Part shown: piece by piece, positions 37,255 to 46,004 of the stretch | Position numbering within the stretch: the stretch's first letter is position 1 | Layout: every line of letters starts with the position of its first letter | Sequence record: NC_054911.1 | Length of the DNA: 64,000 nucleotides | Direction: 5' to 3' (one strand) | Origin: Escherichia phage ECO4 | Notes under the pieces: generated by a model | Database searches by the model: none | Told to the model about the DNA's origin: nothing | Seen by the model: only the letters and a program-made list of their open reading frames with translations | Position numbers and translations under genes: made by a program

Positions 37255-39351
37255 TTATCCTTGAACGAACTTGTAAGGCATGTTTGTAATATCTATGCAA
37301 GACGCAATAATTCCAAGAGATGATTCTACTTTCTGTTTAACATTTGATGAAACAAATGATGCAAAGTCAACTCTATCTTCTATTTCAATATCACCTGTCA
37401 TTGCAACTACTTCACCGGTTTCCATTAAATGGTCTCCGTCATAGATTACCGATTCGGTGAGCTCTTCCGTGGTCATAACTTCAGCTTGAATGAGTTTTGT
37501 ATTATTAGATGTTGTTCCGTCATTATTAGAAGCATCAGTTATTTTATTAACTTTGACCATCAATCCACGCGGTAGAATAACTTCAGCTTCTGTTGCTATT
37601 CCGAGACTTCCTGGATATACAACATTAACTTTATGAGCTCCATCAATTGCCCATCCTATTTGAACTTTAACGTATTCAGGATTTTCTTTATACGCTCTTA
37701 TTTCGTTTGGATTAATAGTTATTCCTTCTTCATTTTTATCAACTGTTAATTCATTGCGAGCTTCTGGTTCTAAAAGACCAATACCAGCATGTGTGATTCC
37801 AAAACGTCCAAAAATGATAGGAGTTAAAGAAGTAGATACAAAATTTCTGAAGTAGAACACTTTATTTTTAACTAACGCTTCATATATAGGAGCAGTCATA
37901 CTTTGAGCACGATAAACTGTAATGCCTTCTGGTATACGGTCACCATTTTCAAAAGCTGAATCTAAGTTATTTATAGCAGATTCAATTTCTTTTTCACTCA
38001 TTACATCATATCGTTCTGGATTGTAACGACCTAAAAGAAGATTATTGATGTCAGTATATCCTGAACCGCAATATTCTCTAATGCCACGCTTTTGTGATGG
38101 AGTATATTTAGAACCATCGCGGGCAATAGTAATATCAATCATTGGACCAGCACCAATTCCAGAAAAACTGTAAATCATTCGTTTGAGGAATTTAGTTTTT
38201 GCTGCGTTCCAGGAATTTTTAGTTATTTCTTCCCAGACTTCATCTGGTTGTCCTTTACGATTTTTATTATGATTAGCAAGCCATTTATCTTTATAATCTT
38301 CAAAGAATTGATTTACAGCTGCTGCGTATTTCTCTAAACATTTTATTGAAGTAGTTGGTTCATTTTTAATTGCATTAAAAATTACTTCTTTAATTTTTTC
38401 TGAAACTTCACCGACTTGACTCATTGGAAAGAATTTATAATCATAGTGAAGTTCATCTGCCGTTCCTTCAGCAATAATTTTTGCTGCCTTTGTTTTAGAA
38501 GCTAATGAATTAATTCCAATTTTCATTTCTTCTGCTTCGGGAATTAAAGGTGCAGTAGCTGGTTTATTAAAATTAGCTGCTGTAGATTCATACTTCTGGA
38601 ATAATTCACTTTCAAATCTAGAAGATTCCAATGACTGACTTTGTGCAATTGCTCTACGGGAAATTTTAACTTTAACGATTACGGCTTGGTCAGAACGTTT
38701 ATCATTTTCTTGTGCAATAGATGCAGCAATTGCCTCATTTTTGGTTACTTGAGCTCCAGTATCTTTATTGATATAAACATCACCGACCTTCGATTCAACT
38801 TTAGTAAAAAGCTCGGTGCTAATTTCTGGAACTCCTGGAATGTCTTCTAGTGATACATTTTTACGATGTATAAGAATATATGCATACTTTTTATCGTAAT
38901 CCCAGAGTTCCTTAAGAAGGACGTATCTGCCACCTGAACGACTGCGGATGAGTCTATCAGCAATAAGTTGAATTTGTCGAGCTTGACCGGCGGTTTTAGA
39001 CTTAAGAATACGAAGCATGCAGGCATCAATTTTATATTGACGCATTGTTTGCATTGCAACAGTAAAAACTGAATTGATATAATTAATCGGGCTTGGACCA
39101 AGACCTTTTAATTTAGCAATTGAACCTTTAGCAGTTAATGTAAAAGGAACAATGTGCATCATTTTATCGCCCATCTTTAAATCACGATTAGTATCACCTC
39201 CAGATGTATAGGTACATAAACGAAAGCCTGGTTGTTCAATTGCATCATCAACATGAACTGAAAAAATTTGTGGTATTTTCTTCTTTGGATTTAAGTTTGT
39301 AATCGGAAGAGTAGTATCTTCGTCAAATAATTCTGTAATGAGTTCCATCAT
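37255..39351 (-). CDS. alt: Alt ADP-ribosyltransferase (698 aa), packaged internal head protein
   Basis: N-terminus MMELITELFDEDTTLPITNLNP; R-S-E ART motifs (TVYRAQ, FVSTSL, EAEVILPRG); late TATAAATA promoter upstream; position next to gene 30. Confidence 0.88.
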   Translation of the reverse strand: MMELITELFDEDTTLPITNLNPKKKIPQIFSVHVDDAIEQPGFRLCTYTSGGDTNRDLKMGDKMMHIVPFTLTAKGSIAKLKGLGPSPINYINSVFTVAMQTMRQYKIDACMLRILKSKTAGQARQIQLIADRLIRSRSGGRYVLLKELWDYDKKYAYILIHRKNVSLEDIPGVPEISTELFTKVESKVGDVYINKDTGAQVTKNEAIAASIAQENDKRSDQAVIVKVKISRRAIAQSQSLESSRFESELFQKYESTAANFNKPATAPLIPEAEEMKIGINSLASKTKAAKIIAEGTADELHYDYKFFPMSQVGEVSEKIKEVIFNAIKNEPTTSIKCLEKYAAAVNQFFEDYKDKWLANHNKNRKGQPDEVWEEITKNSWNAAKTKFLKRMIYSFSGIGAGPMIDITIARDGSKYTPSQKRGIREYCGSGYTDINNLLLGRYNPERYDVMSEKEIESAINNLDSAFENGDRIPEGITVYRAQSMTAPIYEALVKNKVFYFRNFVSTSLTPIIFGRFGITHAGIGLLEPEARNELTVDKNEEGITINPNEIRAYKENPEYVKVQIGWAIDGAHKVNVVYPGSLGIATEAEVILPRGLMVKVNKITDASNNDGTTSNNTKLIQAEVMTTEELTESVIYDGDHLMETGEVVAMTGDIEIEDRVDFASFVSSNVKQKVESSLGIIASCIDITNMPYKFVQG

Positions 39352-39371
39352 ATCCTCTCTAGTGTTTATTC

Positions 39372-39379
39372 TATTTATA
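39372..39379 (-). promoter_or_regulatory. T4 late promoter TATAAATA for alt
   Basis: Exact TATAAATA on the coding strand 20 nt before the alt ATG, just after a UUCG hairpin. Confidence 0.65.
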
Positions 39380-39384
39380 AAATT

Positions 39385-39403
39385 AAAGGCCCGAAGGCCT
39401 TTA
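39385..39403 (-). terminator. UUCG hairpin between the 62-aa ORF and the alt late promoter
   Basis: Coding-strand AAAGGCC-TTCG-GGCCTTT followed by AATTTTATAAATA. Confidence 0.5.
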
Positions 39404-39589
39404 ATAATCTATTGGTAATAGAGTACGATATATTTCAAACTTTGGACCTTTTTCATAAGCATCAAAAGTTTCTGTGAATTTATTATAAGCATATGCATCT
39501 ATAAATTCAATCATGATTTGCGATACAGAAGTAGAAACATCTCCACCTTCTTTTTGAGCCACGACAATTGTTTCTAAGTAAGCTTTCAT
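39401..39589 (-). CDS. hypothetical small protein coupled to the DNA ligase gene
   Basis: 62-aa ORF, start overlaps gp30 stop; followed by a UUCG-type hairpin. Confidence 0.6.
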   Translation of the reverse strand: MKAYLETIVVAQKEGGDVSTSVSQIMIEFIDAYAYNKFTETFDAYEKGPKFEIYRTLLPIDY

Positions 39590-41049
39590 AAACCAGTTAC
39601 CTCATGAAAATCGCCAAATACATCTTCGAACGTATTAGCTTTAGTTTTATCTTCACGTAAACGAATCGCAATTGGAAGAAATAATTTAACGTAATCGGTG
39701 CGGCCATCAGATTTTAACCAACCGTTGCATTCACACTCTAGAATTTTTCCAATATAATAATTTTGGTTTTCCATAATGCGAGTACGGTCAAGTTCATGCG
39801 ATTTTACACCAGCTTTATCTTTTAAGCCTGAACCAGCATTTACTTTAATTTTTCCACACTCTGACTCAAGAATAAATCCACCCGCTTTAGTAGGGTCTTT
39901 ACGGTGAGGATAAATTCCTACAATTTTTAAATCAACATCAATTACTTCTTTAAATTTATAAAGATTTTTTGAACGAGCATTTTCCCATAATCCATCGATA
40001 TTTTTGAGAATAATACCTTCAAGACCTTGGTCAATATACTTTTTATAAATTACCTTAGCTTCATCTAGGTTATTTACTACCTGGTTTTCAATTAAAATTA
40101 CTTTATCATAACCTGATGTCATTTGTTCTAGTTTAGAAAAACGTACATCATATTTCAAACGAAATGCAGGAAGACCGTATATTTCTACCAACGGGACATA
40201 ATCCCAGACCTGAAACTTCATGCATTGTGCTTCTTTTTCAGAAATGGTTCCCTTTAAAGATTTATTAGCGATTCCATTAGAAGTAGTACGTGATTCAGCT
40301 ACTTCGGCGAATTCTTTAGCTTTACTAATTTCAGGATAAGCATCAAAAAGAAAATCTAGGCCTTCTGGTTCCTTTTCAACTTGCTCATGGTATACCAATT
40401 CGCCATCAATTAACACACCTTCTGGATGAATCTGGCGAGCTTCTGCAGTCATTTTGATTAACTCTTCCTTGAGAAGATCTAATCCTAGATATTCATTACC
40501 AGCTCGTGATAAAAGACGAACATCATCTAATTCATCACCTCTGACTTCAGCAAAGCACCGAGCTCCATCAGCTTTTAATTGGGCAAAGGCTGGAAACTTG
40601 ATATTCTTACTAATGCCTTTTTCATCATAAGAACTTGCCAGCATTTGAGGTTGTTCAGGAATTAAACCTGGCCAAACTTTGTTTGCAATAGATACTGAAG
40701 CACCGCATTCAAGGTCTCGCATCATCACCCGACGCAAAACTTCAACATCATCTTTTTTACCGTCAGCAATATATCCAGTTAATTCCTCAATTGCCGCATT
40801 TCCGGTCAATTTCCGAGTAGCTAACGTGAATTCAATGAAGTCAAGCATATCGGTAAGAGTCAACATTCCAAAACTCTGGGTAGCAATACCAGGTTTAGGC
40901 CATTTCTTGATATAATACTGTAACCCACGAGAATAAGTCAGACGATATACTCGTTTAAGCAATTCATTATCTTTATTCTTTTCAAGAATTGCTTGCTTCT
41001 GCTTAGTTGAACCAATAGATGCTATTTCGTTCAGAATTTTAAGAATCAT
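39586..41049 (-). CDS. 30: ATP-dependent DNA ligase gp30
   Basis: 487-aa ORF, MILKILNEIASIGSTKQKQAILEKNKDNELLKRVYRLTY (T4 DNA ligase is 487 aa). Confidence 0.96.
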   Translation of the reverse strand: MILKILNEIASIGSTKQKQAILEKNKDNELLKRVYRLTYSRGLQYYIKKWPKPGIATQSFGMLTLTDMLDFIEFTLATRKLTGNAAIEELTGYIADGKKDDVEVLRRVMMRDLECGASVSIANKVWPGLIPEQPQMLASSYDEKGISKNIKFPAFAQLKADGARCFAEVRGDELDDVRLLSRAGNEYLGLDLLKEELIKMTAEARQIHPEGVLIDGELVYHEQVEKEPEGLDFLFDAYPEISKAKEFAEVAESRTTSNGIANKSLKGTISEKEAQCMKFQVWDYVPLVEIYGLPAFRLKYDVRFSKLEQMTSGYDKVILIENQVVNNLDEAKVIYKKYIDQGLEGIILKNIDGLWENARSKNLYKFKEVIDVDLKIVGIYPHRKDPTKAGGFILESECGKIKVNAGSGLKDKAGVKSHELDRTRIMENQNYYIGKILECECNGWLKSDGRTDYVKLFLPIAIRLREDKTKANTFEDVFGDFHEVTGL

Positions 41050-41315
41050 TGTTCATCCTTTAGAGTTTGGTTTACAGCTCTATTATAAATCAATTCATCA
41101 TTAAGCTCAGGCAAAGACTTATGATATGTAGTTCTAACTTTATTTCCTTGCATCCAGTGCTTAACGTAAATGAAACCTTGCTCTACACATTTTTTAAAAA
41201 TTCGTTCGTCTTTTTGAGCTCGGAATTCTGGATTACATCTAAAAAATTGATTTACGTGACCGTAATCACGTGTAGTATTACCTTCATTTTCATAAATAGT
41301 GTGAATAACAAACAT
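41046..41315 (-). CDS. 30.1: hypothetical protein
   Basis: 89-aa ORF; symbol by synteny (ten ORFs between 30 and rIII match T4 30.1-30.9 plus 30.3'). Confidence 0.7.
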   Translation of the reverse strand: MFVIHTIYENEGNTTRDYGHVNQFFRCNPEFRAQKDERIFKKCVEQGFIYVKHWMQGNKVRTTYHKSLPELNDELIYNRAVNQTLKDEQ

Positions 41316-42151
41316 TAGAATGCTCCTTGGAAAATATTATCACCACTAATAGGTCTATTATACAAATACTCTATGCCACCAGGTTTAATATAGTTCCATG
41401 TCTGAAACGGATGTGTCTGATATGGATGATATAGATTATAAGGATTAAATCCAGGCGTTCTCCAGGTAGTGTTCCAAGGAAAAGAATCGTTTTTAACCAT
41501 CTTCTCAATTAAATCTTTTATAGCTTTTTCACTATCAAAACTTTCTTTATTTTCCTTCGGCGAAAAAAGCTTATTTTCTACATCATTCCATGTATAAACT
41601 CGCTGCGCAGTTTTTGGAATATTGTCACGCTCTCCTCGAGCCATCCAATAAACCGGAACATTTAATATTTCACTCGCGTGGTCGCAGTGGTGAGCAAGAT
41701 CGTCAATATAACAAATTACGTTATATTTCTCTTTTGCCTTTTTGAACAACTCTTCTTTTGAAGAATCATGACCACACATCATTACTTCTGAGAAGGCACC
41801 AGGAAAAAGAGCATTCAAATTAAATTGACGATTCAGCAGAGCGTCAATAGAATCACCCAATGCTGTAACAGCTACAAAATTATAATCTTCTTTTAATTTG
41901 TTAATTACACACAGGGCATCTTTATATGGAGACAAGTAACGAATAAAATCTGATCGATTGTATTTTTCAATTAGCTTGACACCAAGTTCTTCATCACAAT
42001 TAAAGAGTTTACCTGGAGAAATAAATTTCTCATCTTGGATCATTTTTAAAATATGTTCTAACGGAAGATTATATTTCTGAGCAAAATAAGGAAGACCTGA
42101 TTGCCAGCTTAAACATACTCCATCAATATCAGTTAAAATAGTAGGCTTCAT
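41315..42151 (-). CDS. 30.2: HAD-like hydrolase family protein
   Basis: 278-aa ORF; N-terminal ILTDIDGVCLSW resembles HAD motif I (DxDG); symbol by synteny. Confidence 0.7.
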   Translation of the reverse strand: MKPTILTDIDGVCLSWQSGLPYFAQKYNLPLEHILKMIQDEKFISPGKLFNCDEELGVKLIEKYNRSDFIRYLSPYKDALCVINKLKEDYNFVAVTALGDSIDALLNRQFNLNALFPGAFSEVMMCGHDSSKEELFKKAKEKYNVICYIDDLAHHCDHASEILNVPVYWMARGERDNIPKTAQRVYTWNDVENKLFSPKENKESFDSEKAIKDLIEKMVKNDSFPWNTTWRTPGFNPYNLYHPYQTHPFQTWNYIKPGGIEYLYNRPISGDNIFQGAF

Positions 42152-42612
42152 AGAGAGTCTCTTAATAGGTTTAACACATCAATAAATTCAGCTTCGGTTA
42201 GTATTGTATCATCTTTTGTTAGACCACTAGCCATGCTATGCTTCAAAACTTTTCCTTTCGAGGCTAGTAATGCATCACGAAAGCCCTTGTTTTGAATCGC
42301 CGCTTCAAAATATGCATTTGTGTACAACTCTTTCCACGCTGGTGAGTATCTTGAAAACGGAACTCCAAGCCAGAAGAGGGTCCCACGGTCCTGAGCTCTA
42401 GCATAAGACCTTCCAGCTTGTTGGGCGGCAAGCCCGGATAACCCAAATACACGACGTTGCTGTTCAACATTTTTCACCTTACATCCTTGGAGAAATCCTT
42501 CAAGACCTCCAAATTGGATACCATCCATAACAAAAGGCCATTGGGCGAAATTACTTAATGCACACGATGGCCATCTAAAATTACTTCTAATCTCTAACTC
42601 AGGCATTTTCAA
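42148..42612 (-). CDS. 30.3: NADAR / YbiA-like (DUF1768) domain protein
   Basis: 154-aa ORF; LSNFAQWPFVMDGIQFGGLEGFLQGCK resembles the conserved SNFa.WP..vDG....E.f.Q..K core as I recall it from E. coli YbiA. Confidence 0.7.
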   Translation of the reverse strand: MKMPELEIRSNFRWPSCALSNFAQWPFVMDGIQFGGLEGFLQGCKVKNVEQQRRVFGLSGLAAQQAGRSYARAQDRGTLFWLGVPFSRYSPAWKELYTNAYFEAAIQNKGFRDALLASKGKVLKHSMASGLTKDDTILTEAEFIDVLNLLRDSL

Positions 42613-42805
42613 TACTTATAATTTCAACATCAGCCCAATGACCATAGCAAGGAAGACGAAATTCAACTGGCCAGTTAGGGTCCTTTTCTAATATAATAGA
42701 CTTAACTTGTGGTTCTTCATGTTCATCAGTATATGGATTTTTATCTGTTACTTTATATGTGACCTTAATGTACTGAATTCCAAAAATCTTATTAATTATA
42801 TTCAT
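42599..42805 (-). CDS. 30.3': hypothetical protein
   Basis: 68-aa ORF overlapping neighbours; symbol by synteny. Confidence 0.6.
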   Translation of the reverse strand: MNIINKIFGIQYIKVTYKVTDKNPYTDEHEEPQVKSIILEKDPNWPVEFRLPCYGHWADVEIISIENA

Positions 42806-42999
42806 ACTAATTCCTTTAATCCGTAAATAGGAGATAATTCATCACCCATACGAAGGTCTTCATTTCCATCTACCCAGGAAACAATATAAGCCTCTTTTAT
42901 TTGAACACCACTCCATTTAAATGGAGGTAGAACCTTAGAAATTAATCCAGGTATACCAACTCCCTTTAATTCAACAGTTTGACCTAAAAAGAATTTCAT
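42802..42999 (-). CDS. 30.4: hypothetical protein
   Basis: 65-aa ORF; symbol by synteny. Confidence 0.6.
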   Translation of the reverse strand: MKFFLGQTVELKGVGIPGLISKVLPPFKWSGVQIKEAYIVSWVDGNEDLRMGDELSPIYGLKELV

Positions 43000-43286
43000 C
43001 AGAACCTCATCTGAAAGCCGTGTGATTTAACATTACCGCCGCCAATATCAGAAATATTAATTTCACGCGCAATTGAAGGGTCAATGTCAATTTCACGATT
43101 AAGTTTAGCGATAGCTAAAGTATCACGCCCATTTACTGTACGGAATTCTAAAGGACAAACCACATCAACATAATTTTTAATCGATTCACTGGTAGGTTGC
43201 AAATGAGCAGGAAGGTCTTTAGGCGCCTTAGAGAAAACAACTTCACAGAAATTTTTGCGGGTATCAAAATAAGTAGTCATAAACAT
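42999..43286 (-). CDS. 30.5: hypothetical protein
   Basis: 95-aa ORF from ATG 43286 (MFMTTYFD) with GAGGA SD just after the GGGGCUUCGGCCCC hairpin; track start 43337 would read through the hairpin. Confidence 0.6.
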   Translation of the reverse strand: MFMTTYFDTRKNFCEVVFSKAPKDLPAHLQPTSESIKNYVDVVCPLEFRTVNGRDTLAIAKLNREIDIDPSIAREINISDIGGGNVKSHGFQMRF

Positions 43287-43303
43287 AGTATTTTCCTCAG
43301 TAA

Positions 43304-43330
43304 GGGGCCGAAGCCCCTGTTTTATTTTAA
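43304..43330. other. intercistronic GGGGC-CGAA-GCCCC hairpin between 30.6 and 30.5
   Basis: Perfect 5-bp GC stem with tetraloop; T-run on the + side only. Confidence 0.5.
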
Positions 43331-43692
43331 ATATCAAATTCGTTAAGAACTACATCAAAGATTGCTTCAAGATGCTCAGGTTTAGCTCTGTTACTCAAAA
43401 TATGACGAATCCAAGTTTTAACCAGAAGCTTACGATTAGCGCCATTCCAGCAAGGATGGGTCCCTAAATCGCGTTGACGAAAATCATCATCCAGAGCGAT
43501 TTTGAAGTTTGAACCTTCCATTGTGATTGAAACCGTGATGCCATTTTCAAATCGCATATAAACGTAGTTAGGAGTCATATACTGTTCAATTTCGCATACT
43601 GATCCATTTTGATGTTTCCAAAGGCAAATAGTATCAATAGAACCTGCAATACCATTAGAAACATATTTACGTTCAAAGTTGATGTAGTTCAT
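43327..43692 (-). CDS. 30.6: hypothetical protein
   Basis: 121-aa ORF; early promoter and stem-loop upstream; symbol by synteny. Confidence 0.65.
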   Translation of the reverse strand: MNYINFERKYVSNGIAGSIDTICLWKHQNGSVCEIEQYMTPNYVYMRFENGITVSITMEGSNFKIALDDDFRQRDLGTHPCWNGANRKLLVKTWIRHILSNRAKPEHLEAIFDVVLNEFDI

Positions 43693-43729
43693 TTTTATTC
43701 TCCGAGATGTTTAATTGCGGTACAGGTAT

Positions 43730-43758
43730 ATAATATCATATCCTGTACCAAAGTAAAC
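43730..43758 (-). promoter_or_regulatory. T4 early-type promoter with overlapping stem-loop (PeSL-like) upstream of 30.6
   Basis: GTTTAC, 17 nt, TATTAT; inverted repeat GGTACAGG...CCTGTACC spans the -10. Confidence 0.5.
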
Positions 43759-43760
43759 AA

Positions 43761-44093
43761 TTATTTTACTACTTTCCAGTGCTTCATGTCAAGTTTACCA
43801 ACTTTTTTCATCTTCTCAATCAAACGTTCGGCACGTTGGCGAGCTGTAACATAATACCATTCGCCTAATTCATTTTGTTCAATTTTTCCAACGATTACTG
43901 TATTCAATTCATAAATCCAACCAGTAAAGAAATTATGAACTTGAATTGTAAAGGTGAAATCTGTTCCCATACCTTCTGTTGTTTCTACTTCAATAATATC
44001 ACCTTCAACTGCCATTAAGAACCACATAGTTTCATCATATTTACCATTGAAGCATTTAGTTTTAACTGCAGCGTTCAGATTAATCGTTTTCAT
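43761..44093 (-). CDS. 30.7: hypothetical protein
   Basis: 110-aa ORF with AAAGGAG SD and GTTTAC-type early promoter upstream; symbol by synteny. Confidence 0.65.
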   Translation of the reverse strand: MKTINLNAAVKTKCFNGKYDETMWFLMAVEGDIIEVETTEGMGTDFTFTIQVHNFFTGWIYELNTVIVGKIEQNELGEWYYVTARQRAERLIEKMKKVGKLDMKHWKVVK

Positions 44094-44120
44094 TTTATTC
44101 TCCTTTGTTTGTGTAAGATA

Positions 44121-44150
44121 ATACTATCACAAAGGAACCATACTGTAAAC
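44121..44150 (-). promoter_or_regulatory. T4 early-type promoter upstream of 30.7
   Basis: GTTTAC, 18 nt, TAGTAT immediately after the terminator hairpin; AAAGGAG SD follows. Confidence 0.5.
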
Positions 44151-44170
44151 AACTTTGTGCAATCTTTGGA

Positions 44171-44199
44171 AAATAAAAAAAGGACTCCCGAAGGAGTCC
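44171..44199 (-). terminator. rho-independent terminator after the 58-aa basic ORF
   Basis: Coding-strand GGACTCC-TTCG-GGAGTCC followed by TTTTTTTATTTT. Confidence 0.75.
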
Positions 44200-44204
44200 T
44201 CAAC

Positions 44205-44381
44205 TTATGCTTTCTGCTTACCAAAACGAGAAGCATCATCTCGAAGAACCGCACGTGCTCGGCGCATGATCTTCTCAACAGTTTGATTGATACGAGAGTT
44301 CGACCCACGCTTGTAACCAGCGCGTTTAGAATCACCAACTTTCTTTTCAACTGCTTTCTTTGCTTTAACTTGTTTTGCCAT
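44205..44381 (-). CDS. 30.8: small highly basic protein (58 aa), possible nucleic-acid binder
   Basis: MAKQVKAKKAVEKKVGDSKRAGYKRGSNSRINQTVEKIMRRARAVLRDDASRFGKQKA; ATG 44381; followed by terminator hairpin at 44171-44199. Confidence 0.6.
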   Translation of the reverse strand: MAKQVKAKKAVEKKVGDSKRAGYKRGSNSRINQTVEKIMRRARAVLRDDASRFGKQKA

Positions 44382-44413
44382 TATAAATTCTCTTTTAAAT
44401 GAAAATGCAGGAC

Positions 44414-44602
44414 TTATTGGCATTGCCTGCGCAAGCCCTCAAGGGGGAACATAGGTTTTGTATATTTACCGACAGGATAACCATAAACCTCGTCAACATA
44501 CCACCAAGACTTACACAGATAACACTTTTCTGACGCATGATAGTAACATTCAAGAGGTACACCGTAAAACTGCCGGGGTCTTAAAACTATAATGATTCGC
44601 AA
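44414..44602 (-). CDS. 30.9: hypothetical Cys/aromatic-rich small protein; start codon uncertain
   Basis: 62-aa frame in the track begins at TTG with no good SD; retained only because ORF count matches T4 30.9. Confidence 0.35.
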   Translation of the reverse strand: MRIIIVLRPRQFYGVPLECYYHASEKCYLCKSWWYVDEVYGYPVGKYTKPMFPLEGLRRQCQ

Positions 44603-44670
44603 ATCATTAATCAGACAGTTCGACGGCTCCTCGATTTTAGCTCACACTAAGGCAGTGAATCTCCAATAAA

Positions 44671-44919
44671 TTACTTCAGTGTTACCACAAAGTGACGAAC
44701 TGCTTTTCGTGCAGCAGAAGCCAGAGGCTTAGCATACTTAAGTTCATCTTTTTCCTGAAGCTCAGCAGCTAATGCAGTTTGAGCAGGATTTAGATGTTTG
44801 AAATAACGCAGGATTTCAAGAGCTTCGGCTTCAACATCAATAGATGCGCCATAGTTTTCGTGACCATTATTCCATGCGTTTCGTTGCAGTTCAAGAGCGT
44901 GTTGTAATTGTTTAATCAT
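44671..44919 (-). CDS. rIII: lysis inhibition accessory protein rIII
   Basis: 82-aa ORF, MIKQLQHALELQRNAWNNGHENYG (T4 rIII is 82 aa); position upstream of gene 31. Confidence 0.88.
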   Translation of the reverse strand: MIKQLQHALELQRNAWNNGHENYGASIDVEAEALEILRYFKHLNPAQTALAAELQEKDELKYAKPLASAARKAVRHFVVTLK

Positions 44920-45058
44920 TTAAAAATTCTCGTTAGAGATTAAAACTCGGTAGTCACGTTCTTCTGAATTTCATCTTCTTTCGACAGATCTCTCAGTTGT
45001 AGACTACCACATAGAATTGTTCGGTTAACTTATTATTCCGACACCCAATTCATATTAT

Positions 45059-45066
45059 TATTTATA
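45059..45066 (-). promoter_or_regulatory. T4 late promoter TATAAATA downstream of gene 31, upstream of rIII
   Basis: Exact TATAAATA on the coding strand directly after gp31 stop. Confidence 0.45.
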
Positions 45067-45402
45067 TCACTTATAAAGACACGGAATAGCTTTATAGTGA
45101 CAAGTAACGAATTTTTGTTTAATTTCTTTTGGCTGCTTAAGACCCAGAGCTACAAAAGGATGCGGAACATTTCGAATTTGACCAACTGGAAGAGAAGTCA
45201 AATCACCAACTTCGCAGAAACCTTCAGGAACATCAGGACCGACAGAGTGAACTACACACAGTTCAGGAACTTCACCTTGAACACGTTTACCGATAATAAG
45301 TCCTGATTCTGTAACTTCTTCATCACCGGCTTGTGCGGGTTCAGAAACTAAAATAACATATTCACCGACAGCACGAATTGGTAGCTGTTGTACTTCAGAC
45401 AT
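45067..45402 (-). CDS. 31: co-chaperonin gp31 (GroES analogue for capsid folding)
   Basis: 111-aa [42 protein letters not shown] (T4 gp31 is 111 aa). Confidence 0.95.
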
Positions 45403-45432
45403 CGTTTTTCCTTTTTGTTAACAGATGAATTA

Positions 45433-45457
45433 ATAATAACAAATAATTCTTAAAGCA
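45433..45457 (-). promoter_or_regulatory. MotA-dependent middle promoter for gene 31
   Basis: MotA box AATGCTTTA, 12-nt spacer, TATTAT about 30 nt before gp31 ATG. Confidence 0.55.
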
Positions 45458-45458
45458 T

Positions 45459-45767
45459 TTATTTACCAATAAATTGGAGTAAATGCTCAACTTTCATACC
45501 ATTAACAGAAATCAATTTGTCAATAGAAAAACCTCGCCATGCACCAAGTTCAACATCAAATACTGGAATCATGTCAGTAGATTCTTTCCGAGTCGATTCA
45601 GTCAATTTACCAGTTTGCATGGTTGGCATAAAGTCAGCATCGCGAGTACCTTTCATAGTACGAATAGTACCATCAGACTTTTCAAAAACTACGTTTGAAA
45701 TACCCATGGACAATTTAGTTTTCAAAATTTCACGAATTGCTACTTTCTGTTCAGTTGTCAGTTTCAT
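45459..45767 (-). CDS. 31.1: hypothetical protein
   Basis: 102-aa ORF; symbol by synteny. Confidence 0.7.
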   Translation of the reverse strand: MKLTTEQKVAIREILKTKLSMGISNVVFEKSDGTIRTMKGTRDADFMPTMQTGKLTESTRKESTDMIPVFDVELGAWRGFSIDKLISVNGMKVEHLLQFIGK

Positions 45768-46004
45768 TTATTTACCTATTACAGTTTTAATATGAGTTCT
45801 TCCACGTTCTTTAAGGGTGGAAAGTAATTTTTGGCATTTTTCTAAATCAGATTTCCAACTATATGGTCTATCAATACTAGTCCAATCAGTTTTATAATAC
45901 TGTTTCCATTTAGAGAAAAAATATTTCTTATACTCTACAGCAAACGAGATGTTCTCGTTAGAATAAGAACTAATTGCTGTAAGCTTTACCAAACGAAATT
46001 TCAT
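45768..46004 (-). CDS. 31.2: hypothetical protein
   Basis: 78-aa ORF; symbol by synteny. Confidence 0.65.
   Translation of the reverse strand: MKFRLVKLTAISSYSNENISFAVEYKKYFFSKWKQYYKTDWTSIDRPYSWKSDLEKCQKLLSTLKERGRTHIKTVIGK

Noticed and set aside
44090-44350. 86-aa - strand ORF from the track
   Set aside because: Runs through the terminator hairpin at 44171-44199 and the early promoter at 44121-44150 and overlaps the better-supported 58-aa ORF in another frame.
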